Assembly (NCBI GenBank): GCA_963803435.1
Contig: CAWDML010000009.1
Location: 544,001-608,000, forward strand
DNA length: 64,000 nt
Reading direction: 5' to 3'
Source of the DNA: an uncultured delta proteobacterium
GTDB lineage: Bacteria > Myxococcota > Kuafuiibacteriia > Kuafuiibacteriales > Kuafuiibacteriaceae
Shown: piece by piece, positions 1 to 10,266 of the stretch
Position numbering within the stretch: position 1 is the stretch's first letter
How the letters are laid out: each line of letters starts with the position of its first letter
Made by a program: the position numbers and the translations under genes
The notes under the pieces: model-generated
The model's input: only the letters and a program-made list of their open reading frames with translations
What the model was told of the DNA's origin: nothing
The model's database searches: none

Positions 1-1
1 C

Positions 2-157
2 ATCGACGCGTCGGTCGGCTTCAGCTCGAACGGCGTAGACGGCTGCATCTCTACCTGTGGACGCGAGATTCTGGCTCATTGCGACGTCCCTGCGCTGGCG
101 GCCGGGACGTACACGGTGAAATCCAACGGGTTCGAGGCCCAGATCTTCCTCGAGTAG
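2..157 (+). CDS. 3' end of a hypothetical protein running in from the left edge
   Basis: Open frame IDASVGFSSNGVDGCISTCGREILAHCDVPALAAGTYTVKSNGFEAQIFLE* ending at TAG 155-157. Confidence 0.55.
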   Translation: MDASVGFSSNGVDGCISTCGREILAHCDVPALAAGTYTVKSNGFEAQIFLE

Positions 158-194
158 CGCCTCGCGACGGCCCCGTGTAGATCGGGGGGGCCCG

Positions 195-3100
195 ATGTCC
201 GCGGGGCGAGGAAACCGGCGAGAGCGAATGGTGGCCCTGCGCGACGGCCGCCGGATTGCGATCGTACAAGAAGGCGAGGTCCGGAGGATCGTTCGCCGCC
301 TCGCGTGCGCCGATCAAGAGGAGCGGGCGGAGCGGGTCGCTGCCCTCGAGCTGGTCCAGAAGGCGGCCCCGACTGGCCTGATCCCGATCGCGCGGGTGGG
401 CGTGGCCGGGGATCGGATCGAGATCTTCGAGGCGCTGGTCGAAGGCTTCTCTCTGGGTGCTGCCATCGACATCGTCCGCCGGCACGTCTCGGTCAACGTG
501 GCGCTGGCGATCGCCTTCGACGTGGTCCGCGCGCTCGCCGGGCTTCACGGCCTCAAGCGAAAGGGCAGCGATCGAGGACAGCTCGTCCATGGCCACCTCG
601 ACCTGGACTCGATTCTCATCTCGACGCGGGGCGAAACGATCGTGATGGGCCTCGAAGGGGCGCGCGGTGACCAAAAGCGCGACGTCGAGGCGGTGATGAG
701 TGTGGTCCAGGAGCTGCTGGCCACCCGGGCGGTCTCCCCGCAGGGGCGCGGGCTCCTGGAGCGACTGGCGCAGCTGCAGTTCAACACCGCCGCCCAGCTC
801 GAGGGTGCGATCAAGCTCTACCTCGAGCGCCAGAACCCGAAGGAGCTGTCGGCGAAGAGGACGCGCTTCAGCTCGGGCGTGATCGGCGAGCTCGGCGGCC
901 CGGCCGCCCTGGCCGTCGATCGCCCGCAGACGATCGAGGAGGGCGAGGACTCGACGGTGGTGTTCGAGCAAGTGCCGTCGAATCTTCTCAGCGGTGACAC
1001 CAGCGAGACGAAGCCGGCGTCCGGGCTGCTCGGATCGGCGGAGCCCTGGCGCGACGTCACCGGCGAACCTTGGCCTGACGCCCCCTCACCCGCCCCGGGG
1101 GACGACTCCTGGAAGACGCTCGAGCCGGCGTGGGCCAATCAGCTGGGGGGCTGGGCGGCGCAGCCCGATCCGCTCGATCCGTGGCGGCTCGAGTCGAACC
1201 TGGCTCCGCCGGAGGACCCGACCGCGCTCGACGCGGAGGCGATCGAGATCGACGTGGTCGAAGACCTCGCCGAGAACGAGACGACCGATGCCTCGATGTC
1301 GGTCCGCGCCGGGCTGATGGGAAAGGCAGCACCGCCGCAGGATCGGGTGAAGAAGAGCCACGTGATGGTCGGCGACTATCGGGTGGTCGCGTCGATCGGG
1401 CGGGGCGGGATGGGCGAGATCTACCTGGCGCGTCGTGTCGATCGCGTGCCCGGCGAGCTGGTGGCGCTCAAGGTCCTGGGGCTGCAGGAGTCCGGCGACG
1501 ACGCAGCGCTCGACATGTTCATGGACGAGGCCGCCATCCTGGCGCAGATCGATCATCCCAACGTCCTCCAGGTGGTCGACTTCGGGAAGGCGCACGGACG
1601 CTACTTCCTGGCCACCGAGTACCTCGAGGGGCGGCCGCTGGTGCGCGTGATGATCGAGGCCTATGCGCGCGAGGCCGGGCTCGACTATCCGGCGGTCGCG
1701 GCGATCGGTGCCGACGCCGCCTACGGACTCTATGCGGCCCACACCACGCGGGCCTCCGACGGTCGGCCGCTCGCGATCGTGCATCGCGACGTCAGCCCGC
1801 AGAACATCTTCGTCACGTATCAGGGCGTCGCCAAGGTGATCGACTTCGGGGTGGCGCGCGCCGCCGAGCGGATGTCGCGGACCGCGGTCGGGCTGGTGAA
1901 AGGGAAGGCGGCGTACATGTCGCCGGAGCAAGCGGAGGGTCGCGAGGTCGACGCCCGCAGCGACGTGTTCTCGCTCGGCATCTGCCTGTGGGAGATGACG
2001 GCGGGGAAGCGGCTGTTCAAGCGTGACAACGACTACGACACGCTGCTGGCGGTGCAGCTCGCGGACATCGAGCCGCCCACGCGCGTGCGCGGCAACCCGG
2101 ACGCGGCCTTCGACGAGGTGATCCTCAAGGCGCTCGAGCGCGATCGCGATCGCCGGACGGCCAGCGCAAGACAGCTTGCGACGCAGCTCGTCGATTACGC
2201 CGCCTCCAAGGGCGTCAAGGAGCGGGCCGGTCGGATGATCGACCTGATGGTCCGGCTGTTCGGCGAGACGGCCAAGAAGGAGGTCGAGCTGATCCGCTCG
2301 ATCGAGGCGCGCTCGGCGACGCTCGAGGAGGCGGAGGCGCTGCGGGAGCTTTCGGGCGTCACGGGTCACGGACAGCGCTCGGGGCTGGAGGCGCTCGATC
2401 ACTTCGGCAAGGAGGAGGAGCCCGAGGATCCGCACGAGACGGCGTCGGTGCTGGCGAGCGTCGAGCGTCTCAAGGCGGAGCGCGAGCACAAGCCGTCGTC
2501 CAAGCCCAACGCGCCGATGGACGAGCAGCCGACCCGGCGGCTCCCGGACGACATCGCGTCGCTCTCGAACGATACGATCGAGGGCTCGTCGAGCGCCGGC
2601 ATCCCGATCCTCGAGGCCGATCTCGAAGAGGTGAAGTCGGATCACGGCCAGCGGGGGGGCTCGCCGTCCATGGCCCTGGAGCGGGCGCACACGAAGCCTC
2701 GGAGCGGGCCGCAGCCGTCGGGGCCGATCCCGAGCTTGACGGACACGGGCGATCGCGTGCCGACCACGCTGCTCGGCGAGAAGCGGCGCAGAAATCGCCG
2801 GGCGCTGGCGGTGCTGGGGCTGGCCTCGGTGGGGTCGGTCGCGCTGGGCGCGTACCTCTCGTACGAGCCGAAGCACGAGAAGCCCAGCCTGGTGGGCGGG
2901 CGGGTCGCGGTGACCACCGACACGGTGACCCGCGAGCTCGCGCCGGAGCCGAGGTTCCAGGCCTCCGAGCGGGCGGAGGCGCTCGAGGCGGCGCCGCGGC
3001 AGGCGCTGGCCCCCGCCAAGACGTCGACCGTCTCGTTTGCGGACATGCTCGAGGAGCTCAAGGCGAACGGGATCCACGTGCGAGCCAGCGAAGGAACCCA

Positions 3101-3644
3101 CCTGGTGCCGGACGCCGTGGGCGGGACCGTGATCCTCGACGAGAAGGGCGAGATCACGCGCCTCGAATCGGAGCAGGCACGCGGGTTCATCATCACGTCC
3201 CACTCGGAGCTCAAGACCGCGGTCACCTGGGTCGGATCCGTGGATGACGGTCCCTGGTATGCGCGCCCGCTGTCGGTGAACGACTGCCCGACGACCGTCC
3301 GCATCCACCCCTCGGGCGTCGGGCTCCGCTACGGCGGCGAGGAGATCCTTCTCCCCCACGGCGGCGGAAAGCTGCGCGACGTGTCGCTGACGCCGCCTGC
3401 TCAGGCGGATCGTCTGGAGGTGGAGCCGCTCGGCCTCTCGCTCGGCCGCGAGGACGAAGCGCGGATCGCGCCACACTGCGAGATCGGATGGTGGGGCAAG
3501 CACGTCGTGCTGCGCCGGCTGCCGCTCGGGAAGTACACGCTCAAGTGGTTCGGTGAGGGCGTCTCGCAGACCGCCACCCTCGACGTGTCCGTGGACCAGG
3601 TCACAGGCGGGGAGCTCGTCCGCACCAGCTCGGTGCCTCGCTGA
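195..3644 (+). CDS. Membrane Ser/Thr protein kinase with an N-terminal degenerate (pseudo)kinase domain
   Basis: IGRGGMGEIY, VALK, HRDVSPQN, DFG, YMSPEQ, DVFSLG motifs; TM segment ALAVLGLASVGSVALGAYL; N-terminal LVHGHLDLDSILI segment resembles a degenerate catalytic loop. Confidence 0.9.
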   Translation: MSAGRGNRRERMVALRDGRRIAIVQEGEVRRIVRRLACADQEERAERVAALELVQKAAPTGLIPIARVGVAGDRIEIFEALVEGFSLGAAIDIVRRHVSVNVALAIAFDVVRALAGLHGLKRKGSDRGQLVHGHLDLDSILISTRGETIVMGLEGARGDQKRDVEAVMSVVQELLATRAVSPQGRGLLERLAQLQFNTAAQLEGAIKLYLERQNPKELSAKRTRFSSGVIGELGGPAALAVDRPQTIEEGEDSTVVFEQVPSNLLSGDTSETKPASGLLGSAEPWRDVTGEPWPDAPSPAPGDDSWKTLEPAWANQLGGWAAQPDPLDPWRLESNLAPPEDPTALDAEAIEIDVVEDLAENETTDASMSVRAGLMGKAAPPQDRVKKSHVMVGDYRVVASIGRGGMGEIYLARRVDRVPGELVALKVLGLQESGDDAALDMFMDEAAILAQIDHPNVLQVVDFGKAHGRYFLATEYLEGRPLVRVMIEAYAREAGLDYPAVAAIGADAAYGLYAAHTTRASDGRPLAIVHRDVSPQNIFVTYQGVAKVIDFGVARAAERMSRTAVGLVKGKAAYMSPEQAEGREVDARSDVFSLGICLWEMTAGKRLFKRDNDYDTLLAVQLADIEPPTRVRGNPDAAFDEVILKALERDRDRRTASARQLATQLVDYAASKGVKERAGRMIDLMVRLFGETAKKEVELIRSIEARSATLEEAEALRELSGVTGHGQRSGLEALDHFGKEEEPEDPHETASVLASVERLKAEREHKPSSKPNAPMDEQPTRRLPDDIASLSNDTIEGSSSAGIPILEADLEEVKSDHGQRGGSPSMALERAHTKPRSGPQPSGPIPSLTDTGDRVPTTLLGEKRRRNRRALAVLGLASVGSVALGAYLSYEPKHEKPSLVGGRVAVTTDTVTRELAPEPRFQASERAEALEAAPRQALAPAKTSTVSFADMLEELKANGIHVRASEGTHLVPDAVGGTVILDEKGEITRLESEQARGFIITSHSELKTAVTWVGSVDDGPWYARPLSVNDCPTTVRIHPSGVGLRYGGEEILLPHGGGKLRDVSLTPPAQADRLEVEPLGLSLGREDEARIAPHCEIGWWGKHVVLRRLPLGKYTLKWFGEGVSQTATLDVSVDQVTGGELVRTSSVPR

Positions 3645-3677
3645 GGCGGATCGTGTAGGCTGGTCGATACCCGCTCG

Positions 3678-4718
3678 ATGTCCGTGACGCGCATCTTTCG
3701 TCGCCGCGCCGAGGTGCTCGGCAACCCGGCGCCCAACGAGGCCACCGGGATGATGGAGAATCCACTCCTCAGGGCCGACTCGCTCCCCGTCAGCGAAAAG
3801 ATCGACGCCGAGGCCCAGTTCGTTCGCCGCTGGCCGATCATCCGCAAGTCCTTCGAGCATCACCGGCATCTCGGCGTTCTCATCCTCGCGTTCGACGAGA
3901 GCAGCACCGCGATCGGACAAGCGTGGCTCAAGGCGTCGCTCGATCGAACGCGGGCAGCGATCATCGGCCGCCACAGCATGTGCAGCCTGGCCGTACCGCA
4001 GAGCTATCAAGAGATCTCTTTGAGGCACCTGGCCGTCTTGATCCGCGCGATCGATCACGAGCAGGTGCGGATTCGCATCTTCGATCTCAACACGCCGACC
4101 GGCTTTCGCGATGAGGAGGGGCGCGTCCTCCAGGCCGTGGTCACCGAGGGGCCCGCGTTCCTGCGGCTCGGGCGCGTCCTCTTGATGGTGCTGGTGACCG
4201 ACGAGAACGGCCCGATCGAGGGATCGGCTGAGGACGCGTACGCGTGCATCCCGCCGCGGGTGTTCATCGAGGAGCGGCGCGGCACCGCAGGGGTGAAGGA
4301 TCGCCGGCCCAGCGCGATCGGGCGCATCGCCACCGGCGCCACGATGTTGCGATCGCGGCCGGGCCCACTGGTGGCGGCGGGCGAGCTGCTCGAGAGCGAC
4401 GAGATGGAGGTCGGCACGCTGGTGGTGCGGACCGGCGGCGGGGCCGTACGGCGTCCGGTGAGCGCATCGACGCTCGAGCGCGGGATCCTGATCGGCCGCT
4501 ACGCGCGCTGCGACGTGGGTGCCACCTTCGACGACGACAGCCGGCTGTCGCGCGTCCACTTCCTGATCACCAAGGAGGGAGACGAGATCATCGGCGTCGA
4601 CACGGCCAGCACGAACGGATCCTTCAAGCAGAAGAAGTCGATCCTGCTCGAGCGCATGGGGGACGGCGACGTCTACGATCTCGCCGGCGAGCTCGACATC
4701 GCCTGGCACGCCTCGTAG
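3678..4718 (+). CDS. FHA-domain protein (probably two FHA domains)
   Basis: IGRYARCD...LSRVH...DTASTNGS and an upstream IGRHSMC...ISLRH...DLNTPTG copy. Confidence 0.8.
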   Translation: MSVTRIFRRRAEVLGNPAPNEATGMMENPLLRADSLPVSEKIDAEAQFVRRWPIIRKSFEHHRHLGVLILAFDESSTAIGQAWLKASLDRTRAAIIGRHSMCSLAVPQSYQEISLRHLAVLIRAIDHEQVRIRIFDLNTPTGFRDEEGRVLQAVVTEGPAFLRLGRVLLMVLVTDENGPIEGSAEDAYACIPPRVFIEERRGTAGVKDRRPSAIGRIATGATMLRSRPGPLVAAGELLESDEMEVGTLVVRTGGGAVRRPVSASTLERGILIGRYARCDVGATFDDDSRLSRVHFLITKEGDEIIGVDTASTNGSFKQKKSILLERMGDGDVYDLAGELDIAWHAS

Positions 4719-4727
4719 CGGCCGCAG

Positions 4728-6092
4728 CTACACGGTCGCTGACAGACGCTCGAAGTAGTGGGCGAACATCGGGATCCCGCCGCTCGCCTGCTCCCAGTCA
4801 TAGTTCTCGTTCGGCGCGTGGTAGCCGTGCTCCGGCAGCGACAGCCCGAGGAAGTACACGTGCGCGCCCAGGACCTGCTCCATCGTCGGGACGGCGCCGA
4901 TCGAGCCGCCCTCGCGGGTGAACGCCGGGCGGGCGCCGAAGGCGAAGTGGTAAGCGTCGCGGACGGCGTCGGCGATCGGTCCGGTGGTGCGTCCGCGGTA
5001 GGGCTCGAGACGCGCGTCCTTGTGGACCTGCGCGGTGGGGAGGCGCGACTTCACGAATGCGGTCACCAGGTCGAGCGTCTTCGTGCAGGTCATGTTGGGC
5101 ACCAGCCGGCAGGAGAGCTTGGCCTCGGCGCGCGCGGGGACGGCGCTCTTGATCCCCGGGCCGGTGTAGCCGCCGACGATCCCGTGGACCTCGAGCGTGG
5201 GCGCGGCCCAGATCGCGTTCATGACGTCGAGCGGATCGTCCATCCGGATCGACTTCATCTCGTGATCCTTCATGAACGTCTCCACCGAAAAGCCGGAGGC
5301 GGCGAAGTCCCGGGCTTCGGCGACGGTGAGCTCTTCGACGTCGTCGTAGAAGCCGGGGATCTTCACCTTGCCGGTGCGGCCGTCGACCATCTCGCCAATC
5401 AGCCAGGCGAGCTCGGTGAGCGGGTTCCGCGCGGCGCCACCCACCAGGCCGCTGTGGAGGTCGTGATCGGCCGTCTCGAGGGTGATGCGGAAGCCTTGGA
5501 GTCCGCGGAGCCCGGCCGGGGTCGAGGGCCGGCCGCGGGTCAGCCAGATCGTGTCGCTGACCACCACGCTGCCGGTATCGAGCTTGCTCCGGTGCCGCTC
5601 GAGGCCGGCCTCGAAGCTCGGTGAGCCAATCTCCTCCTCGGTCTCCCAGAGGAGCTTCACGTTCATGGGCACGCCAGCTCGATGAGCGGCGACCGCACCG
5701 AACAGCGCGGAGAGGGCGGGGCCCTTGTCGTCGGTGGCGCCGCGGCCGCGATAGACGCCGCCCTCGTCGATGAAGCGAAAGGGATCGGTGCGCCACTCGG
5801 GCTCGTTCGCGGGCTGGACATCGAGGTGGTTGTACACCGTGACGGTGGGCGCGCCGGGGGCGGCATCGAAGCGGCCCAGGACCATCGGCGTGCCGGGCGT
5901 GTCGAGCAGCTCGGCCTGGCCGCCGAGGGACTCGATCATTCCTCGCGCCGCCTCTGCCACGCGGACGCAGTCCTTCTTGTGATCCGGCGACGACGAGATG
6001 CTGGGGATCTCGACGAGCGTCTTCAGATGCCGTTCGAAGGCGGGCCGGTGTTCGTCCGCGAACTTTGCGAGCGCTTCTCGGGTGAGATCCAT
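4728..6092 (-). CDS. M20-family dipeptidase/metallo-hydrolase
   Basis: YNHLDVQP, GRGATDDKGP, ETEEEIGS, DLHSG, GGSI, HAPNE motifs; start taken at MDLTRE. Confidence 0.9.
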   Translation of the reverse strand: MDLTREALAKFADEHRPAFERHLKTLVEIPSISSSPDHKKDCVRVAEAARGMIESLGGQAELLDTPGTPMVLGRFDAAPGAPTVTVYNHLDVQPANEPEWRTDPFRFIDEGGVYRGRGATDDKGPALSALFGAVAAHRAGVPMNVKLLWETEEEIGSPSFEAGLERHRSKLDTGSVVVSDTIWLTRGRPSTPAGLRGLQGFRITLETADHDLHSGLVGGAARNPLTELAWLIGEMVDGRTGKVKIPGFYDDVEELTVAEARDFAASGFSVETFMKDHEMKSIRMDDPLDVMNAIWAAPTLEVHGIVGGYTGPGIKSAVPARAEAKLSCRLVPNMTCTKTLDLVTAFVKSRLPTAQVHKDARLEPYRGRTTGPIADAVRDAYHFAFGARPAFTREGGSIGAVPTMEQVLGAHVYFLGLSLPEHGYHAPNENYDWEQASGGIPMFAHYFERLSATV

Positions 6093-6109
6093 CGTTCGAC
6101 TCCTGGAGG

Positions 6110-7606
6110 GTGCGACGTGTACTCTGGCCCGGCGTGGGTGCAAAGCGAATCACGCATCGGCTCGCCCCGCCGCGCTGGCCGACGCGCGAAGAGGCCGACG
6201 CCTCACTTCTGTTCAGTCCCGTGCGCATCGGCGCGATCGAGCTGCGATCCCGGACCTGGGTGCCGGCGATGGTGCCCTGGCGCGCGACCGAGTCGGGTCA
6301 CGTCACGCCGGCGCTGCTCGACTGGTACGGGCGGTTCGCCGAGGGCCGCCCCGGCGCGATCGTGGTGGAGGCCACCGGCATTCGCGACGTGCCGAGCGGT
6401 CCGCTCCTGCGCATCGGTCACGATCGATTCGTCCCCGGGCTCGCCGAGCTGGTGGACACCGTGAAGCGGAGGAGCGGCGGTGAGACGCGGCTCTTCATCC
6501 AGATCATCGACTTCCTCGCGATCAAGCGGAGGCCGGAGCGCGAGAAGTTCCTGCGCCGGTTTCTCACCATCACGGGCGCGCACCGCAAGAGCCTCGGCCT
6601 CGACTCCGCCAGCGAGGATGAGGTCCGCGCGGCGCTCCTGGTCGCGCCCGACGAGACGCTCGAGCGGGTCCTCTCTCCGCGCGAGCGCGACGATCTCTTC
6701 TTCGGCTACCGCGAGCGCGTCGGCGATCTCCACCTCCCGCACATCCGCGCGCTCCCGGAGGTCCTGCCTCAGCTCTTCGCCTCTGCGGCCAGGCGCGCCG
6801 AGCAGGCCGGGTTCGACGGCGTCGAGCTCCACTTCGCGCACGCGTACACGATGGCCTCGTTCCTCTCCCGGCTGAACGACCGGGACGACGGCTACGGCGG
6901 CTCGCCCGAGAACCGAGTCCGCCTCCCGCTCGAGGTGCATCGGGCGTGCCGCGCCGCGCTGTCGCCGGGCATGGTGCTCGGGTGCCGGTTCCTGGGCGAC
7001 GAGGTGATCGAGGGCGGCAGCCGGATCGAGGACGCGGTCTACTACGGCGTGCGATTCGCCGAGGCCGGCATGGACTACCTGTCGCTCAGCAAGGGCGGAA
7101 AGTTCGAGGACGCGCGGCGGCCGCGCATCGGCGAGGCCGCCTATCCGTACACCGGCGAGAGCGGACACGAGTGCATGCCCACGATCCACTCCGACCTGCG
7201 CGGACCGCTCGGGCGCAACCTCCCGCTGGCGCGCGCGGTGCGGGAGGCGGTGCGACAAGTCGGGCTCGACACGCCCGTGATCGGCGCGGGCGCGCTCAAC
7301 ACGTTCGACATCGCGGAGGGGGCGCTCCGGCGCGGCGACTGTGACGCGGTGGCCTCGGCGCGGCAGAGCCTCGCGGATCCCGACTGGTGGACCAAGATGC
7401 GGCTCGGGCGTGGCCAGGAGATCCGCTGCTGCGCCCTCACGAACTACTGCGAGGGCCTGGATCAGCGCCACAAGCAGGTGACCTGCCGACTGTGGGACCG
7501 TGCGCTGTTGTCCGGCGAGACGCCGCCGATGTCGAGCGACGGCAAGCGCCGTCTGGTCGCTCCGCCGTGGACCCGGTCCTCGAGTCGTTCTACGACGAAC
7601 GAATGA
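6110..7606 (+). CDS. NADH:flavin oxidoreductase (old yellow enzyme-like)
   Basis: [48 protein letters not shown]; C-terminal Cys cluster; exact start uncertain. Confidence 0.85.
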   Translation: MRRVLWPGVGAKRITHRLAPPRWPTREEADASLLFSPVRIGAIELRSRTWVPAMVPWRATESGHVTPALLDWYGRFAEGRPGAIVVEATGIRDVPSGPLLRIGHDRFVPGLAELVDTVKRRSGGETRLFIQIIDFLAIKRRPEREKFLRRFLTITGAHRKSLGLDSASEDEVRAALLVAPDETLERVLSPRERDDLFFGYRERVGDLHLPHIRALPEVLPQLFASAARRAEQAGFDGVELHFAHAYTMASFLSRLNDRDDGYGGSPENRVRLPLEVHRACRAALSPGMVLGCRFLGDEVIEGGSRIEDAVYYGVRFAEAGMDYLSLSKGGKFEDARRPRIGEAAYPYTGESGHECMPTIHSDLRGPLGRNLPLARAVREAVRQVGLDTPVIGAGALNTFDIAEGALRRGDCDAVASARQSLADPDWWTKMRLGRGQEIRCCALTNYCEGLDQRHKQVTCRLWDRALLSGETPPMSSDGKRRLVAPPWTRSSSRSTTNE

Positions 7607-8715
7607 AGACACGCGCCGCAGTCGCATACGAAGCGGGCAAGCCGCTGGTGATCGAAGAGGTCGAGCTCGCCGGTCCGAAGGCCGGTGAGGTCCTCGTCGA
7701 GATCAAGGCCACCGGCGTCTGCCACACCGACGACTTCACCCGCTCGGGAAAGGATCCGGAGGGCCTCTTCCCCGTCATCTTCGGACACGAGGGCGCCGGC
7801 GTGGTGGTCGACGTCGGCGCCGGCGTGACCTCGGTGAAGAGGGGCGACCACGTCATCCTGCTCTACACGCCGGAGTGCCGCGCCTGTCAGTCGTGCCTGA
7901 GCAGGAAGACGAACCTGTGCACGGCGATCCGCGCCACGCAAGGGCAGGGCGTGATGCCCGACGGCACCAGCCGCTTCTCCCTCGGCAAGACGAAGATCCA
8001 CCACTACATGGGGTGCTCGACGTTTTCGAACTTCACAGTGCTTCCCGAGATCGCGCTCGCCAAGGTCCGCGAGGACGCGCCCTTCGAGAAGATCTGTTAC
8101 ATCGGCTGTGGCGTCACCACCGGCATCGGCGCCGTGCTCTTCACCGCCAAGGTGGAGCCGGGCGCGAACGTCGTCGTCTTCGGGTTGGGCGGGATCGGGC
8201 TCAACGTGATCCAGGGCGCCCGCATCGCCGGCGCCGACATGATCGTGGGCGTCGACATCAACCCCGGCCGGGAGGCGCTGGCCAGGAAGCTGGGCGCGAC
8301 GCACTTCGTGAACCCGCGCGAGGTCGAGGGCGATCTGGTGGCGCACCTGGTCGAGCTCACCAAGGGCGGCGCCGATTACAGCTTCGAGTGCGTCGGCAAC
8401 GTCCAGCTGATGCGGCAGGCCCTCGAGTGCTGTCACCGCGGCTGGGGTGTCAGCGTGATCATCGGGGTCGCCGGCGCCGGCCAGGAGATCTCGACGCGAC
8501 CCTTCCAGCTGGTGACCGGCAGGGTCTGGAAGGGCACGGCCTTCGGCGGGGCGCGCGGCAGGACCGACGTCCCCCGGATCGTCGACTGGTTCATGGACGG
8601 CAAGATCGACATCGACAGCCTGATCACCCACCGATTGCCGCTCACACGGGTCAACGAGGCCTTCGATCTGATGCACGAGGGGAAGTCGATCCGGGCGGTC
8701 GTCGACTTCGCTTGA
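7603..8715 (+). CDS. frmA: S-(hydroxymethyl)glutathione dehydrogenase / class III alcohol dehydrogenase
   Basis: [65 protein letters not shown]. Confidence 0.95.
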   Translation: MKTRAAVAYEAGKPLVIEEVELAGPKAGEVLVEIKATGVCHTDDFTRSGKDPEGLFPVIFGHEGAGVVVDVGAGVTSVKRGDHVILLYTPECRACQSCLSRKTNLCTAIRATQGQGVMPDGTSRFSLGKTKIHHYMGCSTFSNFTVLPEIALAKVREDAPFEKICYIGCGVTTGIGAVLFTAKVEPGANVVVFGLGGIGLNVIQGARIAGADMIVGVDINPGREALARKLGATHFVNPREVEGDLVAHLVELTKGGADYSFECVGNVQLMRQALECCHRGWGVSVIIGVAGAGQEISTRPFQLVTGRVWKGTAFGGARGRTDVPRIVDWFMDGKIDIDSLITHRLPLTRVNEAFDLMHEGKSIRAVVDFA

Positions 8716-8748
8716 GCACCCGGCCGAAAAGCGGGAAGCTCGCGGGCC

Positions 8749-10155
8749 ATGACCTACGACCTGGTGGTGATCGGCGGCGGACCCGGCGGTGAGAAGGCCG
8801 CGGTGGCGGCGGCGTACTTCGGCAAACGCGTGGTGATGGTCGAGGACTCCGAGGACGGTCCCGGCGGCGCGACGGTCCATACCGGCACGCTCCCCTCCAA
8901 GACGCTGCGGGAGACGGCGCTCTATCTGACCGGCTTCCACCGGCGCGAGCTGTACTCCGGGCTCTCCTGGGGGATCCGGGAGGACAGCCGCTCGGCGCAG
9001 TCGCTGATGTGCCGGCTGCCGATGGTGCGTTCGCTTCAAGCGAACCAGATCCGCGAGAACCTGGATCGGCACGGCGTCGAGCTGATCAAGGGCTTCGGCC
9101 GGTTCGAGAGCCCCAACGTGGTGGTGGTGGACGGCCGCCGGCTCGAGACCAAGTTCGTGCTGATCGCGACCGGTTCGTCACCGCGCCGGCCCGCCGACTT
9201 CGACTTCGCGGATCCGGAGGTGTTCGACAGCGACAGCCTGCTCAAGCTCGACACGCTCCCCGAGTCGCTCGCGATCATCGGCGGTGGTGTCATCGGGAGC
9301 GAGTACGCCTGCGTGTTCTCGGCGCTCGGCGTCGAGATCGAGGTGATCGAGCGCGCCGATCGGCTGCTCGGGTTCCTCGACCATCAGATCTCCGACGCCC
9401 TGATGACGGCGATGCGCGCCTCCGGGATCGACCTCTGCCTTTCGGACGGCGTCGAGTCGCTCAAGCGCGAGGGGCCGGATCTGATCATGGCGCTCAAGAG
9501 CGGAAAGCGGATCCAGGTCGACAAGGTGCTGGTCTCCGCAGGCCGCACCGGCAACACGGACGGGCTCGAGCTCGACAAGGCCGGCGTGGAGATCGACGCG
9601 CATCATCTGATCGTCGCCGACCCGACGACCTACCGGACCTCGGCGCCGCATGTGTACGCGGTCGGTGACGTCATCGGCCGGCCGGCGCTGGCATCGACCG
9701 CGATGGAGCAAGGCCGCGTGGCGGTGGCGGCGATGTTCGACCTCGAGGTACCGCGGCGCGACTGGAGCACGATTCCCTCGGGGATCTACACCATCCCGGA
9801 GGCGTGCGCGTGCGGGCCCACCGAGGAGGAGCTGGCCGCCAAGGGGGTACGGTACGTCAGCGGGATCTCGTACATGCGGCACAACGCACGCGGGCAGATC
9901 ATCGGCGACGTCGACGGCTTCGTGAAGCTGCTCTTCTCGGCCGACGACCGGCGGCTCTTGGGGACGCACATCATCGCGGAGCGCGCGACCGAGCTGATCC
10001 ACGTGGGGCAGGCGGTCATGCGGCTGGGCGGCGGGATCGACTACTTCATCGAATCGGTCATGAGCTATCCGTCGCTCTCGGTCGCCTACAAGTATGCGGC
10101 GTACGACGCGCTCGGGAAGCTGATGGGCCACGAGCGCCTGACGCCCCTCCACTGA
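8749..10155 (+). CDS. sthA: Soluble pyridine nucleotide transhydrogenase (Si-specific)
   Basis: GGGPGGEKAA, GGATVHTGTLPSKTLRE, GIYTIPE, ATELIHVGQ, YPSLSVAYKYAAYDA. Confidence 0.9.
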   Translation: MTYDLVVIGGGPGGEKAAVAAAYFGKRVVMVEDSEDGPGGATVHTGTLPSKTLRETALYLTGFHRRELYSGLSWGIREDSRSAQSLMCRLPMVRSLQANQIRENLDRHGVELIKGFGRFESPNVVVVDGRRLETKFVLIATGSSPRRPADFDFADPEVFDSDSLLKLDTLPESLAIIGGGVIGSEYACVFSALGVEIEVIERADRLLGFLDHQISDALMTAMRASGIDLCLSDGVESLKREGPDLIMALKSGKRIQVDKVLVSAGRTGNTDGLELDKAGVEIDAHHLIVADPTTYRTSAPHVYAVGDVIGRPALASTAMEQGRVAVAAMFDLEVPRRDWSTIPSGIYTIPEACACGPTEEELAAKGVRYVSGISYMRHNARGQIIGDVDGFVKLLFSADDRRLLGTHIIAERATELIHVGQAVMRLGGGIDYFIESVMSYPSLSVAYKYAAYDALGKLMGHERLTPLH

Positions 10156-10266
10156 TGCAGGTGATCGCGCCCATTCTGGGGCCGCGGTGAACACCGAGGA
10201 CACATTCTCGTCCAAGGTGCAGTGGGTTCGCTTGTAAAGGCCGGGCCGAACGTATTACCTGGGGTC

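Noticed and set aside
3795-3822. GAAAAGATCGACGCCGAGGCCCAGTTCG resembling the cassette repeat
   Set aside because: Only 19/28 identical and inside the FHA coding sequence; probably chance
1086-4709. Very long antisense or alternate-frame ORFs (also 54102-57161, 58596-61322, 11786-13960, 41313-43739)
   Set aside because: Shadow ORFs typical of high-GC DNA; they have no motifs and overlap well-supported genes
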